A stretch of DNA of 18,764 nt from an uncultured Deinococcales bacterium (GTDB taxonomy: Bacteria > Deinococcota > Deinococci > Deinococcales > JAAFIG01), in assembly GCA_964244895.1 (NCBI GenBank), contig CAXTKV010000014.1:1-18764 (forward strand). Reading direction: 5' to 3'. Of the stretch, positions 1 through 9,180 are shown piece by piece. Numbering within the stretch: position 1 is the stretch's first letter; every line of letters starts with the position of its first letter. A program made the translations under genes and the position numbers. The notes beneath the pieces are model-generated. The model had not been told where the DNA came from. It saw nothing but the letters and a program-made list of their open reading frames with translations, and searched no databases.

Positions 1-146
1 GAAAATTAAAAGTTTAACAGAAATTGTATTATGTGTTTCAGTATCCATCTAGAATAGTATTTCTCAGTATTTTGCTAACGGACACTATCTTGCGCGATTT
101 CAAACTTGTTTCGACACGCAAACATGTTAATTGAGGTCATTAAAAC

Positions 147-1247
147 ATGAAAATTCTTTATTTGATTACACGATCTGAACCTGGTGGGGCGCAATCGCAC
201 CTCAATACTCTAGTCGGGCATTTTGGTTCAGAAGTCGTCGGTGTCGCCGCTGGAATCGATGAAGACAACGCGCTTGAGAGTGCAACGCGAGAGGCCGGGG
301 TCGAATTCATCCCGATCAAGCACCTGATGCAACCCTTGCATGTAGTTAACGATCTCAGGGCGACCCTCGAGATTGCCGACCTATTGCGCCGTCTGCGACC
401 TGATCTGGTACACATCCACTCCTCAAAAGCTGGAATTGTTGGCCGAATCGGGGCACGAATGGTCGGTATCCCCTCGGTCTTCACGGCTCACGGCTGGGCT
501 TTTGCGGATGGTGTTTCGTGGAAACGAAAAATGCTGGCTCTTCCGAGCGAGTTCGCTTTTGGGCGGCTGACCGATCAGATCATCACAGTTTCAAAGACGG
601 ATCAACGTCTGGCGCTCAATCACAATGTCGCGTCCTCCAAACGCATGACGGTCGTCTGGAATGGCATTGAAGACACGCCTCATCGTGCAATGCCGGGGGT
701 TGGCGATGAGGTTCGCATCGCCATGGTAGCTCGTTTCGCACCGCAAAAAGACCATCAGACTTTGTTGCGCGCCCTAAAAGGTGTCCAGGGAAACTGGCGT
801 CTTGTGTTGATCGGTGATGGCTCATCACGAACCCATATCGAGTCGCTGGCAGGCGAACTGGGAATTGCCAATCGGATCGAGTTTCTAGGTTCTAGGAAGG
901 ACGTTCCAGAGATTCTTGCGCGAACCCATGTTTTTGCCCTTTCGACGAACTGGGAGGGATTACCGATCAGTATTCTCGAGGGCATGCGAGCTGGGCTGCC
1001 GATCGTCGCTACCGACGTTGGTGGTATATCCGAGTTGGTACAGAGTGGGCAAAATGGGCTTCTCGTTCCGAGATCCGACACTCAAGCCTTGCGCATCGCC
1101 CTGGAGCGTTTGGTGAATGATCAATCCATGCGTGAACGCTTTGGTCGCGCCAGTCGGGAACGGTACGAGGCCGATTTCACCGCGCAACGCATGTTTGATC
1201 AGACGAGAGCTGTATACGCGTCCGTGCTTCAATCAAGCCGGGAATGA
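147..1247 (+). CDS. Glycosyltransferase family 4 (GT-B fold), polysaccharide biosynthesis
   Basis: 366 aa. N-terminal MKILYLIT..GGAQ, PDLVHIHSSKAG and TAHG motifs; C-terminal R..PQKD and EGLPISILE (EX7E), followed by G.PIVATDVGG, all typical of GT4. GAGG lies upstream of the ATG. Confidence 0.93.
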   Translation: MKILYLITRSEPGGAQSHLNTLVGHFGSEVVGVAAGIDEDNALESATREAGVEFIPIKHLMQPLHVVNDLRATLEIADLLRRLRPDLVHIHSSKAGIVGRIGARMVGIPSVFTAHGWAFADGVSWKRKMLALPSEFAFGRLTDQIITVSKTDQRLALNHNVASSKRMTVVWNGIEDTPHRAMPGVGDEVRIAMVARFAPQKDHQTLLRALKGVQGNWRLVLIGDGSSRTHIESLAGELGIANRIEFLGSRKDVPEILARTHVFALSTNWEGLPISILEGMRAGLPIVATDVGGISELVQSGQNGLLVPRSDTQALRIALERLVNDQSMRERFGRASRERYEADFTAQRMFDQTRAVYASVLQSSRE

Positions 1248-1374
1248 ATTCAGGTGAATCCTCGCGATCACCTGCATCCAAGCCATTTGGGCCTGAGAAA
1301 TACTCGAACCATTGCAGGCAAGTCTCGAGTAACACCCGAGAAAATGAAGCCTCGAACTGCACGATTCTCGAGTC

Positions 1375-3366
1375 TCAAGGCACTGAGCCAGAATAGTCGT
1401 TGATGTGATGGCGGGTGTATTGGGTAGCGCCGGATGCTATCCCAGAAAAATTGTTGCCCTGATTTTGCCAGACCGTGTCGTATTTGGTTTTGTCATTGCG
1501 GAATTCACTGATTCCGGTGAAGCGCTGGTTCGCGAATGTCACACCAGAAACCGCCGTTCCTTCAGCGTCATCAGTGAAAACCCCCGCTAAATAAGAGCTG
1601 ATAAAGCCGTTCTGGATGGTATTGCTGTGGCTGGCGGCCAGACTTTCTCCGGGAACAGGATTCAGGCCCGTGTAGGCAGGATCAGCCCATTCGGTGATGA
1701 TCCCGAGCCTGGTGTGAATTCCTGCTGGCCCTGCAGTGCCCGTCAACGGGCCGATTTGGAAGCGCTCAAAGATCGTGTTGCGCGTCCAATGTTCGACGTA
1801 GATGCCTTTGTCCGTATCGAGGATGGTCAGGTCCGAAAACCTGGCGTTGTTGGCGTTACTGCCCGTCCACAAGCCCATCCAGCCGCAATTTTGCAATCGC
1901 ACCCGGCGGACTGTAGCGGTCACGCCGATCCACATGCAGGCTTCGCTTTTCCCGTTATTCGAACCGCGAAGGTCGCGGTAGACGTTCTTGACATCGCAGT
2001 CCTCGATCAGCGGCGTCTGGTTTGGGACGTAGGTGTAGGCCACGTTGCCGTAGCCCTGAAGCAAAATACCGGCATCGTACACGTCCGAAATCGCGCACCG
2101 CCGAACCACCAGGCCGCTCGAGTTGAAGGCCTGAATTCCAGCGTTGACGCTGCGATTCCCGTTGATGGTTACGTCCTCGATGGTGACGTTGGTGTTGGGG
2201 GCTTGCGCGATGCGAATCACGGCAGAATTGGAGGTGGTCGCGGGGTTGGTGATGTCGAAGTTCAGACCGTGAACGGCAGCGCCCGCCGAGGAAAAGTTGG
2301 ATTCAAACGCCAGCCCGAACCTCAGGCGCGCTCCGCCGAGCTGCGCGGCCCAGATGCGGTGCGGCGCGGCAGCCATGACTGGCGCGGGATTGTCGTAGGT
2401 GCCGTTCTCGAGAACGATGTCTTTGGCGGAAGAACTGGTGAATTGTTTGATGAAATCTGCCGTGTTGGTCACGCGCACCGCATTTGCGGGCAGCGTGTAC
2501 GGCTGCGGTGCGGTCGGTGGGGTCGCGTATCCGGGACCCGGTGGTGGAGACGGCGGAGGGGCGGGTGGTGATGCGGGTGGTGGCGGTGCGGGCGGAGGTG
2601 GCATAACGTTGGAGATCTCAAAATTGCGCTGTGCCACGATCTGCTTCCCATCTGTCAGGGTCGCTACCAGACGGACAAAATACGCGCCGTTGGCATATTT
2701 CGTCGTGTCCCACGCACCACAGGGGTTGATCACGCAGCCAGCCCCACTCGCGACGGTCGTGTCTTGCAGCCAAGTTGCATCGCTTTTTCTCAATTCCGTG
2801 ACGATAGATTTCGTCGCGGCGTTGAGGATCTTTCCGCCTGGCGATTGGACGGTACTTTTGAACACCTGACCTTCGGTGATGTTCACGAAGACCAGTTCTA
2901 CCGCTGGCGGCGGTGGAACTGTAGTGTTCGCGATCTTGAACCCAAGTTGTGCTGTCATCTCTTTGCCATCGCTTAGGGTTGCGATAATGCGCACGAAATA
3001 CGAACCATCAGGGTATTTTGCCGTGTCCCACGTGCCACAAGGATTGGTCACGCAGCTCGTGCCGGTGGTCACGCTGCTGGTTTGTAGCAGGGTCGCGTCA
3101 CTTTTTCTGAGTTCGGTCACGATTAATTTCGTGCTGGCGTTGAGAATCTTGACGCCGGGCGCGGGAATCTGGCCTTTGAGGGTCTGATTTTCGGTTACGT
3201 TGACGAACTCGACTTTTGGTGTTGGTGAGGCAGGTGGTGCGGGAGGCGCGACGGGCGAGGGCGCGGGAGGGTTAGGGAGGGCGCTGTTGACGTTGCAACC
3301 CTGCACCAGCAGGGTTGCAACGAGAAGGGCAATCAGGGCTGGTGAAATATGCAACACGTTTGTCAA
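1375..3366 (-). CDS. Predicted lipoprotein: Pro-rich linkers, two tandem Ig-like domains and a C-terminal right-handed beta-helix (pectin lyase-like) domain
   Basis: Hydrophobic signal ending in a lipobox-like LVQGC; PPAP-rich linkers; two 96-aa repeats with WDTxKYxxGxYxV (Ig-like). The C-terminal ~375 aa are Asn/Gly/Ile-rich coils (IEDVTING, VRRCAIS, IEDCDVKN). The start could be TTG 3366 or GTG 3357 (TAGCTT 7 nt upstream). Confidence 0.75.
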   Translation of the reverse strand: MTNVLHISPALIALLVATLLVQGCNVNSALPNPPAPSPVAPPAPPASPTPKVEFVNVTENQTLKGQIPAPGVKILNASTKLIVTELRKSDATLLQTSSVTTGTSCVTNPCGTWDTAKYPDGSYFVRIIATLSDGKEMTAQLGFKIANTTVPPPPAVELVFVNITEGQVFKSTVQSPGGKILNAATKSIVTELRKSDATWLQDTTVASGAGCVINPCGAWDTTKYANGAYFVRLVATLTDGKQIVAQRNFEISNVMPPPPAPPPPASPPAPPPSPPPGPGYATPPTAPQPYTLPANAVRVTNTADFIKQFTSSSAKDIVLENGTYDNPAPVMAAAPHRIWAAQLGGARLRFGLAFESNFSSAGAAVHGLNFDITNPATTSNSAVIRIAQAPNTNVTIEDVTINGNRSVNAGIQAFNSSGLVVRRCAISDVYDAGILLQGYGNVAYTYVPNQTPLIEDCDVKNVYRDLRGSNNGKSEACMWIGVTATVRRVRLQNCGWMGLWTGSNANNARFSDLTILDTDKGIYVEHWTRNTIFERFQIGPLTGTAGPAGIHTRLGIITEWADPAYTGLNPVPGESLAASHSNTIQNGFISSYLAGVFTDDAEGTAVSGVTFANQRFTGISEFRNDKTKYDTVWQNQGNNFSGIASGATQYTRHHINDYSGSVP
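2608..3213 (-). repeat. Intragenic tandem duplication of a 288-nt Ig-like module (2926-3213 and 2608-2895)
   Basis: Both units share FVN.TE.Q, KILNA.TK.IVTELRKSDAT, CV.NPCG.WDT.KY..G.YFVR..ATL.DGK and align without gaps. Confidence 0.9.
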
Positions 3367-3566
3367 GCTACTTTTATTTGCTTCCGTTGACTATGAAATA
3401 GTTAATTCGCTTGCGGGACTTTTGTCTCGAGCAATCCAATTCGTTTTTCGGTGCGTTTCATCTGGATTTCCGGATTTGAGGGCTTCGGAAATTGCAAAAT
3501 AGCGTCTTGGCGTAGGATCGGGCCTGATGCGCTCAGGTTCCTAAATCTGTGCTGAACTTTGATGGC

Positions 3567-3572
3567 TATACT
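3567..3572 (+). promoter_or_regulatory. Putative -10 box (TATACT) for a leaderless start of the Wzc-like gene
   Basis: TATACT-N6-GTG(3579), in frame with the ORF, with no clear Shine-Dalgarno. Confidence 0.55.
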
Positions 3573-3578
3573 TCAACG

Positions 3579-5285
3579 GTGAACTCGATTCCTTCTTATC
3601 CATCGCCGTCGAGAGACGAGATCGATCTTCGGCGCATCGCCCGAGTGCTGGTCGCGCAGTTGCGTTACCTGGTACTGGTGCCGGTCGTGTTTGGTGTGTT
3701 GGGCTACCTGATTTTTCGGATGCCAGCACCGATGTATTCGGCGTCCGTCAAGCTGGTGGCAGCCAACAACGCTACCGGTAATCAGGTGGTGAACGCCACG
3801 CTGGTGAGCGCCCCGCCGTTGCCCAATGGCACGCTGGACAGCGCCCTCTCGAGCCTGACGGTGTTGCGACAGATCGAGAATCGCGTTGACAGCATCCAGG
3901 CGGCATCACTGGCCCAGAAGGCCGAATTGAAAAAAAGGCTCGAGGCTTCGATCCGTCGCCAGAAAGCCGATGGTTTCAGCTTGAGCGGCAAGGTTGACGA
4001 TTACTCCTTGAACGGCAATTACACCCTCAGGGCGGAGCATCGCAACCCCGAGGTGGCAGCGGCGCTGGCCAATTTTGCAGCGGATGCCTTGATTGACTGG
4101 GACACGCAGCGCGCCATGCGCACCGTCAACGCTTCGCGTGCGGCGCTCGAGAGCGCCATCAAGGACATCGACGCGCAGCTCGCTCAGCTCGGGGTGATCG
4201 GCAAGGTTCCGACCTTTCAGCAGCGATCCTTGCTCGATCTGCGCGCGGCGCGCCTGAGCGAGTTGAACGGCGTGCAGCTGTTGAGCCGCGCGGCCCTGGG
4301 AAGCCTGAGCGTCGTGGCCGAGGCGGTTCCGCCGCTCGATCCCGTGTCCCCACGTCCGGCCCGCGACGCCGTGCTTCTGGCGTTCGTGGCGACCTTGCTG
4401 GCGGTGCTGTTCACGGTCATCCGCGCGGCGCTCGTCAAGGCGCGCATCGAAAACGAATCGGATCTGCGAACCATCGGCCTGGGAGAGATGGCTCGAGTCC
4501 CGCGGGTTCGTCAACTTCCCGAGAACGGTATCCGAAGCGCCATGACCAAAGGCGCTTCGGCGAACGCCTTGCAGTTCGTGGTGGCGAACCTGAATACCAC
4601 TCTGGCCAATCAAAAACCGAAGGTCATCATGTTGACTTCAGCCGCTCCCGGCGAGGGCAAGTCCAGTTTGACTGCGGCCCTCGGGCAGGCGTTCGCCGCG
4701 TCGGGAAGCAGGGTGTTGATCGTGGACGCCGACGTTCGCAAACCCAGCCAGATGATCATCTGGGGGGATGTCATGCGGCGCATGGCCGGGTCGGATCAGA
4801 ACCTTTCGAAGGCTGGGGCGAATTTGCAGAGCGCACTGATGCTGCGCGACAGCGCCGAAGCATTTCAGTTGTCTGCGAACCTGTACCTGATGCCTGCGTT
4901 CGCGTCCAGCGCTGGGGCGCAGGTCATCACGCAGGAGCGTTTCGTTGACCTGCTCGAGCGCTGGAAGGACGCCTATGACGTGATCCTGGTTGACACACCG
5001 CCAGCATTGCTGGTGGCCGATTCGCTGGTGATTGCGCCACTGGTGAGCGGCGTCGTGGTCGTGATCGAGGCCGGTAAAACCGCGCAGGAATCGGTGGCGC
5101 GAACCGTGGATTCGCTGGTGATGACCGGAGCTCGGGTGCTGGGAGCCGTGATGAACAAGACCGACGTGCGAAGCGCCCTGAAAGAATACGGTCATTACCT
5201 CTCCAATGAGGGCCTGACCAGGCTTTCGGAAGATGGTGCGAAAGCCGCCACCGGGATTGCGGCGCCACAACCATCGAATCGTTGA
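3579..5285 (+). CDS. Wzc/ExoP-like polysaccharide co-polymerase fused to a BY-kinase domain
   Basis: Wzz-type N-terminus (EIDLRRIARVL, TM, P.YSA), coiled coil, Pro-rich PPLDPVSPRP before the second TM; Walker A (PGEGKS), A' (IVDADVRKP) and B (ILVDTPP). The ORF track starts at 3549; GTG 3579 is preferred because of the -10 spacing. Confidence 0.88.
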   Translation: MNSIPSYPSPSRDEIDLRRIARVLVAQLRYLVLVPVVFGVLGYLIFRMPAPMYSASVKLVAANNATGNQVVNATLVSAPPLPNGTLDSALSSLTVLRQIENRVDSIQAASLAQKAELKKRLEASIRRQKADGFSLSGKVDDYSLNGNYTLRAEHRNPEVAAALANFAADALIDWDTQRAMRTVNASRAALESAIKDIDAQLAQLGVIGKVPTFQQRSLLDLRAARLSELNGVQLLSRAALGSLSVVAEAVPPLDPVSPRPARDAVLLAFVATLLAVLFTVIRAALVKARIENESDLRTIGLGEMARVPRVRQLPENGIRSAMTKGASANALQFVVANLNTTLANQKPKVIMLTSAAPGEGKSSLTAALGQAFAASGSRVLIVDADVRKPSQMIIWGDVMRRMAGSDQNLSKAGANLQSALMLRDSAEAFQLSANLYLMPAFASSAGAQVITQERFVDLLERWKDAYDVILVDTPPALLVADSLVIAPLVSGVVVVIEAGKTAQESVARTVDSLVMTGARVLGAVMNKTDVRSALKEYGHYLSNEGLTRLSEDGAKAATGIAAPQPSNR

Positions 5286-5383
5286 GCGACATTTTGCAGC
5301 GATGTTCGGGGTAATCCGCAACCGCTTTCGCTCGATTTGAGGATGATCTCGGGCCGTCTGGGCAATCGTTCATGCCCTGAGAC

Positions 5384-5480
5384 AAGACCGTCCAGTACGC
5401 AATACTGAGTTCTCGAGGAACACCGTTCTTGCTCACAAAATAGCACCTCACGGGCTGTTCGCGCTCCTGGACGGTATTCT
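5384..5480. repeat. Degenerate copies of the ACACCGTCCAG palindromic repeat family
   Basis: AAGACCGTCCAGTACGC (5384-5400), CTCGAG-GAACACCGTTC (from 5412) and inverted CCTGGACGGTATTCT (5466-5480), between convergent genes. Confidence 0.75.
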
Positions 5481-5507
5481 TGAAGCTCGATCGACCAGAG
5501 GGCGGCT

Positions 5508-6338
5508 TCAGCGCGGGCGATCCGCGATCAGGTTGCCCAACCCGACCTGATCGACCGACATCAGGCTGTTGGCCACGCGATCCAGTTCCGTTTTGGGCAT
5601 GTTCGCGACCACCCACAACCACGTGCCGGACACGTTGCGAACCGCCAGCTTCAGCCCGGCGCGGTTCGCAACGGGTGAAAGTACCAGCACCATCCCGGAG
5701 AGTCCGTTCGAGGCGCGCACCTCGAGCCCCTGCTGACCGTTGACCTCGCGCGGGCGCAAGCCCACGATGTGAAAGCCTTTGGGCAGACTCAGGCCAGGCA
5801 GGGCGGTCAGGACGGTCGCCTCGAGTGACGGGTCGAAGGTGTAGCGGTTCAGGCGGCGCGGATTCTTGAGGACTTTTGGCGCACCGTCCAGACTGGTGAA
5901 GCGCGCACTGTCCGTGACGATCCCGCTCGAATCCATCTCCTCGTAGCCGAGGCGAACCAGCCATTCGCGGTCGATCCAGAAGTGAAAGCTGGGCGCGTCC
6001 GGGTTGGTGGCCTGCAAGGTCAAGCGCCAGGTTTCACGCCCGGCGATCAATTCACCGGCTTCGATGGTGGCTCGGAAGTTGTGGCGGAGCAATTGGGGTT
6101 CCGTGATCGGCGGCGGCGGCAATTCCGGCAGTGAGCGTTCCGGGTTTTTGCTCGGCGGGAAGCTCACGGTTTGCGAAACCGTTCCGGTCAGTTTGATCTT
6201 CGCCTCGCGTTCGAGGGAGTTCGCAAAGAAAGGCGCTGGACGCAACGGCGCGGTGATCGCATTTTGCGCCAACGCGATCACCCACGAAAGCGCGACCGCG
6301 ACCAGCAAGAAACGCAGAGGAAGCGGTTTCATGCTCAC
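5508..6338 (-). CDS. Secreted MucB/RseB-like sigma-E regulatory protein (LolA-like fold)
   Basis: Signal peptide ending ALA; GELIAGRETW.L..and FWIDREWLVRL segments resemble the RseB N-domain; LPKGF..and C-terminal VVANMP.TEL.RVANSL resemble the RseB C-domain. Third gene after sigma and anti-sigma, joined by a GTGA overlap. Confidence 0.65.
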   Translation of the reverse strand: MSMKPLPLRFLLVAVALSWVIALAQNAITAPLRPAPFFANSLEREAKIKLTGTVSQTVSFPPSKNPERSLPELPPPPITEPQLLRHNFRATIEAGELIAGRETWRLTLQATNPDAPSFHFWIDREWLVRLGYEEMDSSGIVTDSARFTSLDGAPKVLKNPRRLNRYTFDPSLEATVLTALPGLSLPKGFHIVGLRPREVNGQQGLEVRASNGLSGMVLVLSPVANRAGLKLAVRNVSGTWLWVVANMPKTELDRVANSLMSVDQVGLGNLIADRPR

Positions 6339-6751
6339 CAGCCCTGGTTGGCTTCCTGGTAGGCGGTGTAAGCCTCGCTCGGGTCGGCGGTGGCTGGGGC
6401 GCGCAGCACCAGCGCTCCCGCGATCACGGCGGCTGCCGCGAAACCCGCGATCACGCGGGACAGCACCAGGCGTCTGTGTTGGAGGCGCTGGCGTTCGGTA
6501 TGAACGGCCTGTAGCGCGGGTCTGACCGCCGCGAAGTCCGATTTGCGCAGGGCTGCCGCCCTCGAGAGCGCCCGATCCCAGTCATCGCTCGAGGTTTCCT
6601 GAAGGCGCGCGCGCTCCGAGCGCAAACCGGCCATCACGGCATCGGCGGCGTTTTCGTCGGCGGCGCTCAGTCGGCTCGCGCCGGACAGGAGCCGCGCCCA
6701 GGATGCGTCCTCGGCGTTCAATCCTTCCAGATTCCGCTCGGGTTCGTTCAT
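6335..6751 (-). CDS. Putative membrane-anchored anti-sigma factor
   Basis: 138 aa with an ATGA overlap to the sigma stop. Helical cytoplasmic N-terminus, basic RR, one TM (VIAGFAAAAVIAGALVL) and a short tail. Function inferred from position. Confidence 0.7.
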   Translation of the reverse strand: MNEPERNLEGLNAEDASWARLLSGASRLSAADENAADAVMAGLRSERARLQETSSDDWDRALSRAAALRKSDFAAVRPALQAVHTERQRLQHRRLVLSRVIAGFAAAAVIAGALVLRAPATADPSEAYTAYQEANQGW

Positions 6752-7350
6752 GGCCTGTACCCTTCCGCCTCGAGAATCTCGCGGAGCGCACCCCTGGCGC
6801 GCGACATGCGCGATTTGATGGTGCCGACTTCGACGTTCAGCACGTCCGCAACTTCAGCGTAATCGAGGTCGCCGAACTCGACAAGCGCGAAGGTCTCGCG
6901 GAATTCGGGCTTGATGTTCTGCAATGCTCGCTCCAGGGCAGCGCGCAGGTCGCGCCGTTCGGCGGTCTCGACCGGGCTGGGGCGGTCATCGCTGACTTCG
7001 GCGGGCATCGAGAGGTCGCTGGCGGCGTTCGGGTTCTTGCGCAGCCGCGCGTAACAGCAGTTCAGCGTGATGCGGTGCATCCAGGTCGTGAACTGCGCCT
7101 GATCGCGGAACGAGCCGATCGCTCGGTAGGCGCTCACGAACGCGTCCTGGACGACATCGTGGGCTTCCTCGCGGCCTACAATCCGGCTGGCAACGGCGTG
7201 CAATCTGGGCGCGTGCCGCCGCACGAGTTCATCGAAGGCCCCATCTCGTCTGCTCGCATCCCGGTCGGAACGCGCGATGGAGACGAGCGCGATGTCCTCG
7301 AGCGACTCGAGGCTCGGGACGGCCAGGCGCAGATCCATGACGAGCGTCAT
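6748..7350 (-). CDS. ECF (sigma-70 group 4) RNA polymerase sigma factor, RpoE-like
   Basis: Region 2: AFDELVRRH..EEAHDVVQDAF..F.TWMHRITLN. Region 4: RETFAL..LDYAEVADVLNVEVGTIKSRMSRAR. The start is probably ATG 7350 or 7338; the ORF-track start 7410 lies inside a repeat. Confidence 0.93.
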   Translation of the reverse strand: MTLVMDLRLAVPSLESLEDIALVSIARSDRDASRRDGAFDELVRRHAPRLHAVASRIVGREEAHDVVQDAFVSAYRAIGSFRDQAQFTTWMHRITLNCCYARLRKNPNAASDLSMPAEVSDDRPSPVETAERRDLRAALERALQNIKPEFRETFALVEFGDLDYAEVADVLNVEVGTIKSRMSRARGALREILEAEGYRP

Positions 7351-7405
7351 TCTAGTTCTCTGATGCGTCAGGGCTCGGTCAGGTTCCCGAGAAGCGATTG
7401 CAGCT

Positions 7406-7451
7406 GACACCGTCCAGCACGTGGTTCAGAAAATGCGTGCTGGACGGTGTC
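7406..7451. repeat. Perfect 16-bp inverted repeat of the ACACCGTCCAG family
   Basis: GACACCGTCCAGCACG (7406-7421), 14-nt loop, CGTGCTGGACGGTGTC (7436-7451). Confidence 0.92.
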
Positions 7452-7525
7452 GCCGTGCATCAGCGATGCTCGAATCGGGGCGGTGGTCTCGGGCGCAGAT
7501 CGCGAGAGGCTCAATCCAAACCCCG

Positions 7526-8281
7526 TTACCCGCGCTGCTTCTCGAATTCCCAGGTCAGGTCTCGAAGCAACCAGCCGCGACCGGAAACGCTGACCTCGCC
7601 GCTGCGCAACGCGGTCACCAGCCAGATGCGCAGCACTTCGGGTTTGAAGCCGATGCTGATCAGGTCGCCCAGGTTGCGTTTGCCATCCAGGTACGGTGGC
7701 AGGTCCGACAGCAAGCGCGTCAGCGGCAAGCGTTCGACCTTGCTCGAGGACGCGTGCTGGACGCGCAAACCGTGCCAGGCGTAACGCGGCGTCAGGTTCA
7801 GGGTCTTGTTCTCGAGGCCGCGAACGGCCTCTTCGGTCAGGCTCAGGACGCTTACATTGAGCGCCCTGGAGAGCGCCCGGATGGACTTGCCACCCGCGAA
7901 TTTTGACGGTTCCGGCGCGGGCGGCCCGACGTACTCAATCACGCGCGATGGGCTATCGATCGCGTTGCGCAACCGATCCCATTCGTCGTTGATGCGCGCC
8001 CATTCGGTCACGAACGTCGAAAACGGCAGTTTGAAAGCGGTCGGGCTGGGATTGATGGCGTCCTTCTGAAAGCGGAAGGTGCCGGATTGTTCGTGCAGCT
8101 TGAAGCTGCGAACCGCGTCCAGGTCCGTCCAGTCCAGGATGCCGCCGGACTGAACTTCGCCTTGCGCCAGGTGCAGGGTCAGCGGCACGTCGGCATCCAC
8201 CGTCACCAGGCCGGATTGTTGGGTGACGTGAATCAGTTCCAGCACGCTCTCGAGCGAGGTTTCGCGCAGGTTACCTTCCAC
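7526..8281 (-). CDS. DUF4388 (PatA-N-like) domain protein
   Basis: N-terminus MEGNLRETSLESVLELIHVTQQSGLVTV..GEV..GTFRF matches the DUF4388 pattern. Overlaps the thrB stop by 11 nt. Confidence 0.75.
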   Translation of the reverse strand: MEGNLRETSLESVLELIHVTQQSGLVTVDADVPLTLHLAQGEVQSGGILDWTDLDAVRSFKLHEQSGTFRFQKDAINPSPTAFKLPFSTFVTEWARINDEWDRLRNAIDSPSRVIEYVGPPAPEPSKFAGGKSIRALSRALNVSVLSLTEEAVRGLENKTLNLTPRYAWHGLRVQHASSSKVERLPLTRLLSDLPPYLDGKRNLGDLISIGFKPEVLRIWLVTALRSGEVSVSGRGWLLRDLTWEFEKQRG

Positions 8282-9173
8282 GGATGGGCTCCTGCGCGAG
8301 GCTCGATTCGTAACCGCTGGCCGGGCGCAACCGCAGCACGCGCGGGCTGTAGGCGTTCAGGGCGCGCACCACCGCTTCCGGCTCCTGGGCGATGGCGGCC
8401 ACGGACGGCCCCGCGCCCGACAGGAAGGCCGCCAGCGCCCCAGCGTCAATCGCGGCGTCTATGGCGCGCTGCAACCCCGGCACGAGCGGCGCGCGGTACG
8501 GCTGGTGGATCGCGTCGCGGCAGGCTTCACGCAGCACCTCGAAGCGCCCCGTAGCGATGCCCGCGACCCACAGCGCCGCCCGCGAGAGGTTGAAGACCGC
8601 GTCGGCTCTCGAGTACGCGTCGGGTAACGCGCCGCGCGCCTGAGAAGTCAGCAGTTCGCGCTCCGGAACGGCCACCAGGACGTGCCAGTCGGCGGGCAGC
8701 GGCAAACTCAGGCTGACCGGGCCGGAATCGTTCATGGCGGACGCCGTGAAGCCGCCCAGCACGGCGGGCGCGACGTTATCCGGGTGTCCCTCGAGTTCCG
8801 CGCAGACGCGCAGCACGCCGTCGCGTCCCAGCTTGCCGCCCAGCATCGCGTCCGCCAGGGCCGCACCCGCCACCAGCGCGGCGGAACTCGAACCCAGACC
8901 GCGCGCCAACGGGATCGGATTGTGGGCGCGGATCGTGACCATCGGGGGCTCGAGCCCGAGCGCTCCGAAGGCCGCCCGGAAACCCTGGTGGATCATGTTT
9001 TCTGGCGTGTCCGCGATCGCGCCCTCGCCGTCGTACAAAAAGTGATCCGCATTGGATCGTTCCGCGCTCGCCTCGAGCCACAAGCCCATCGCCAGACCCA
9101 GCGCGTCGAAGCCCGAGCCCAGGTTGGCGATGGTGGCGGGAACGCGAACCTGAGCCCGCAACGAATCCTTCAT
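8271..9173 (-). CDS. thrB: Homoserine kinase (GHMP family)
   Basis: VRVPATIANLGSGFDALG, IPLARGLGSSSAA, EGHPDNVAPA, IHQPYR and LSGAGPS motifs. Start ATG 9173 (or 9176); the ORF-track start 9236 lies in a repeat. Confidence 0.96.
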   Translation of the reverse strand: MKDSLRAQVRVPATIANLGSGFDALGLAMGLWLEASAERSNADHFLYDGEGAIADTPENMIHQGFRAAFGALGLEPPMVTIRAHNPIPLARGLGSSSAALVAGAALADAMLGGKLGRDGVLRVCAELEGHPDNVAPAVLGGFTASAMNDSGPVSLSLPLPADWHVLVAVPERELLTSQARGALPDAYSRADAVFNLSRAALWVAGIATGRFEVLREACRDAIHQPYRAPLVPGLQRAIDAAIDAGALAAFLSGAGPSVAAIAQEPEAVVRALNAYSPRVLRLRPASGYESSLAQEPIRGR

Positions 9174-9180
9174 CATTTCG

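Noticed and set aside
1251..1274. 7-bp hairpin CAGGTGA/TCACCTG after the GT4 stop as a terminator
   Set aside because: Short stem, 10-nt loop and no U-tract; too weak to call.
2500..2605. GGT/GGC-rich low-complexity tract as a DNA repeat element
   Set aside because: Fully explained by the polyproline linker codons of the minus-strand lipoprotein.
7406..7451. Assignment of the ACACCGTCCAG family to CGTC-tagged REPs
   Set aside because: CGTC is internal to the stem here rather than a terminal tag preceding a hairpin, so the assignment is unsupported.
7751..7763. CGCGTGCTGGACG and similar CCGTCCAG matches inside genes (e.g. ~5883, ~14504, ~17292)
   Set aside because: Short, unpaired and explainable by ordinary codons (e.g. 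Leu-Asp-Gly); not counted as repeat copies without statistics.
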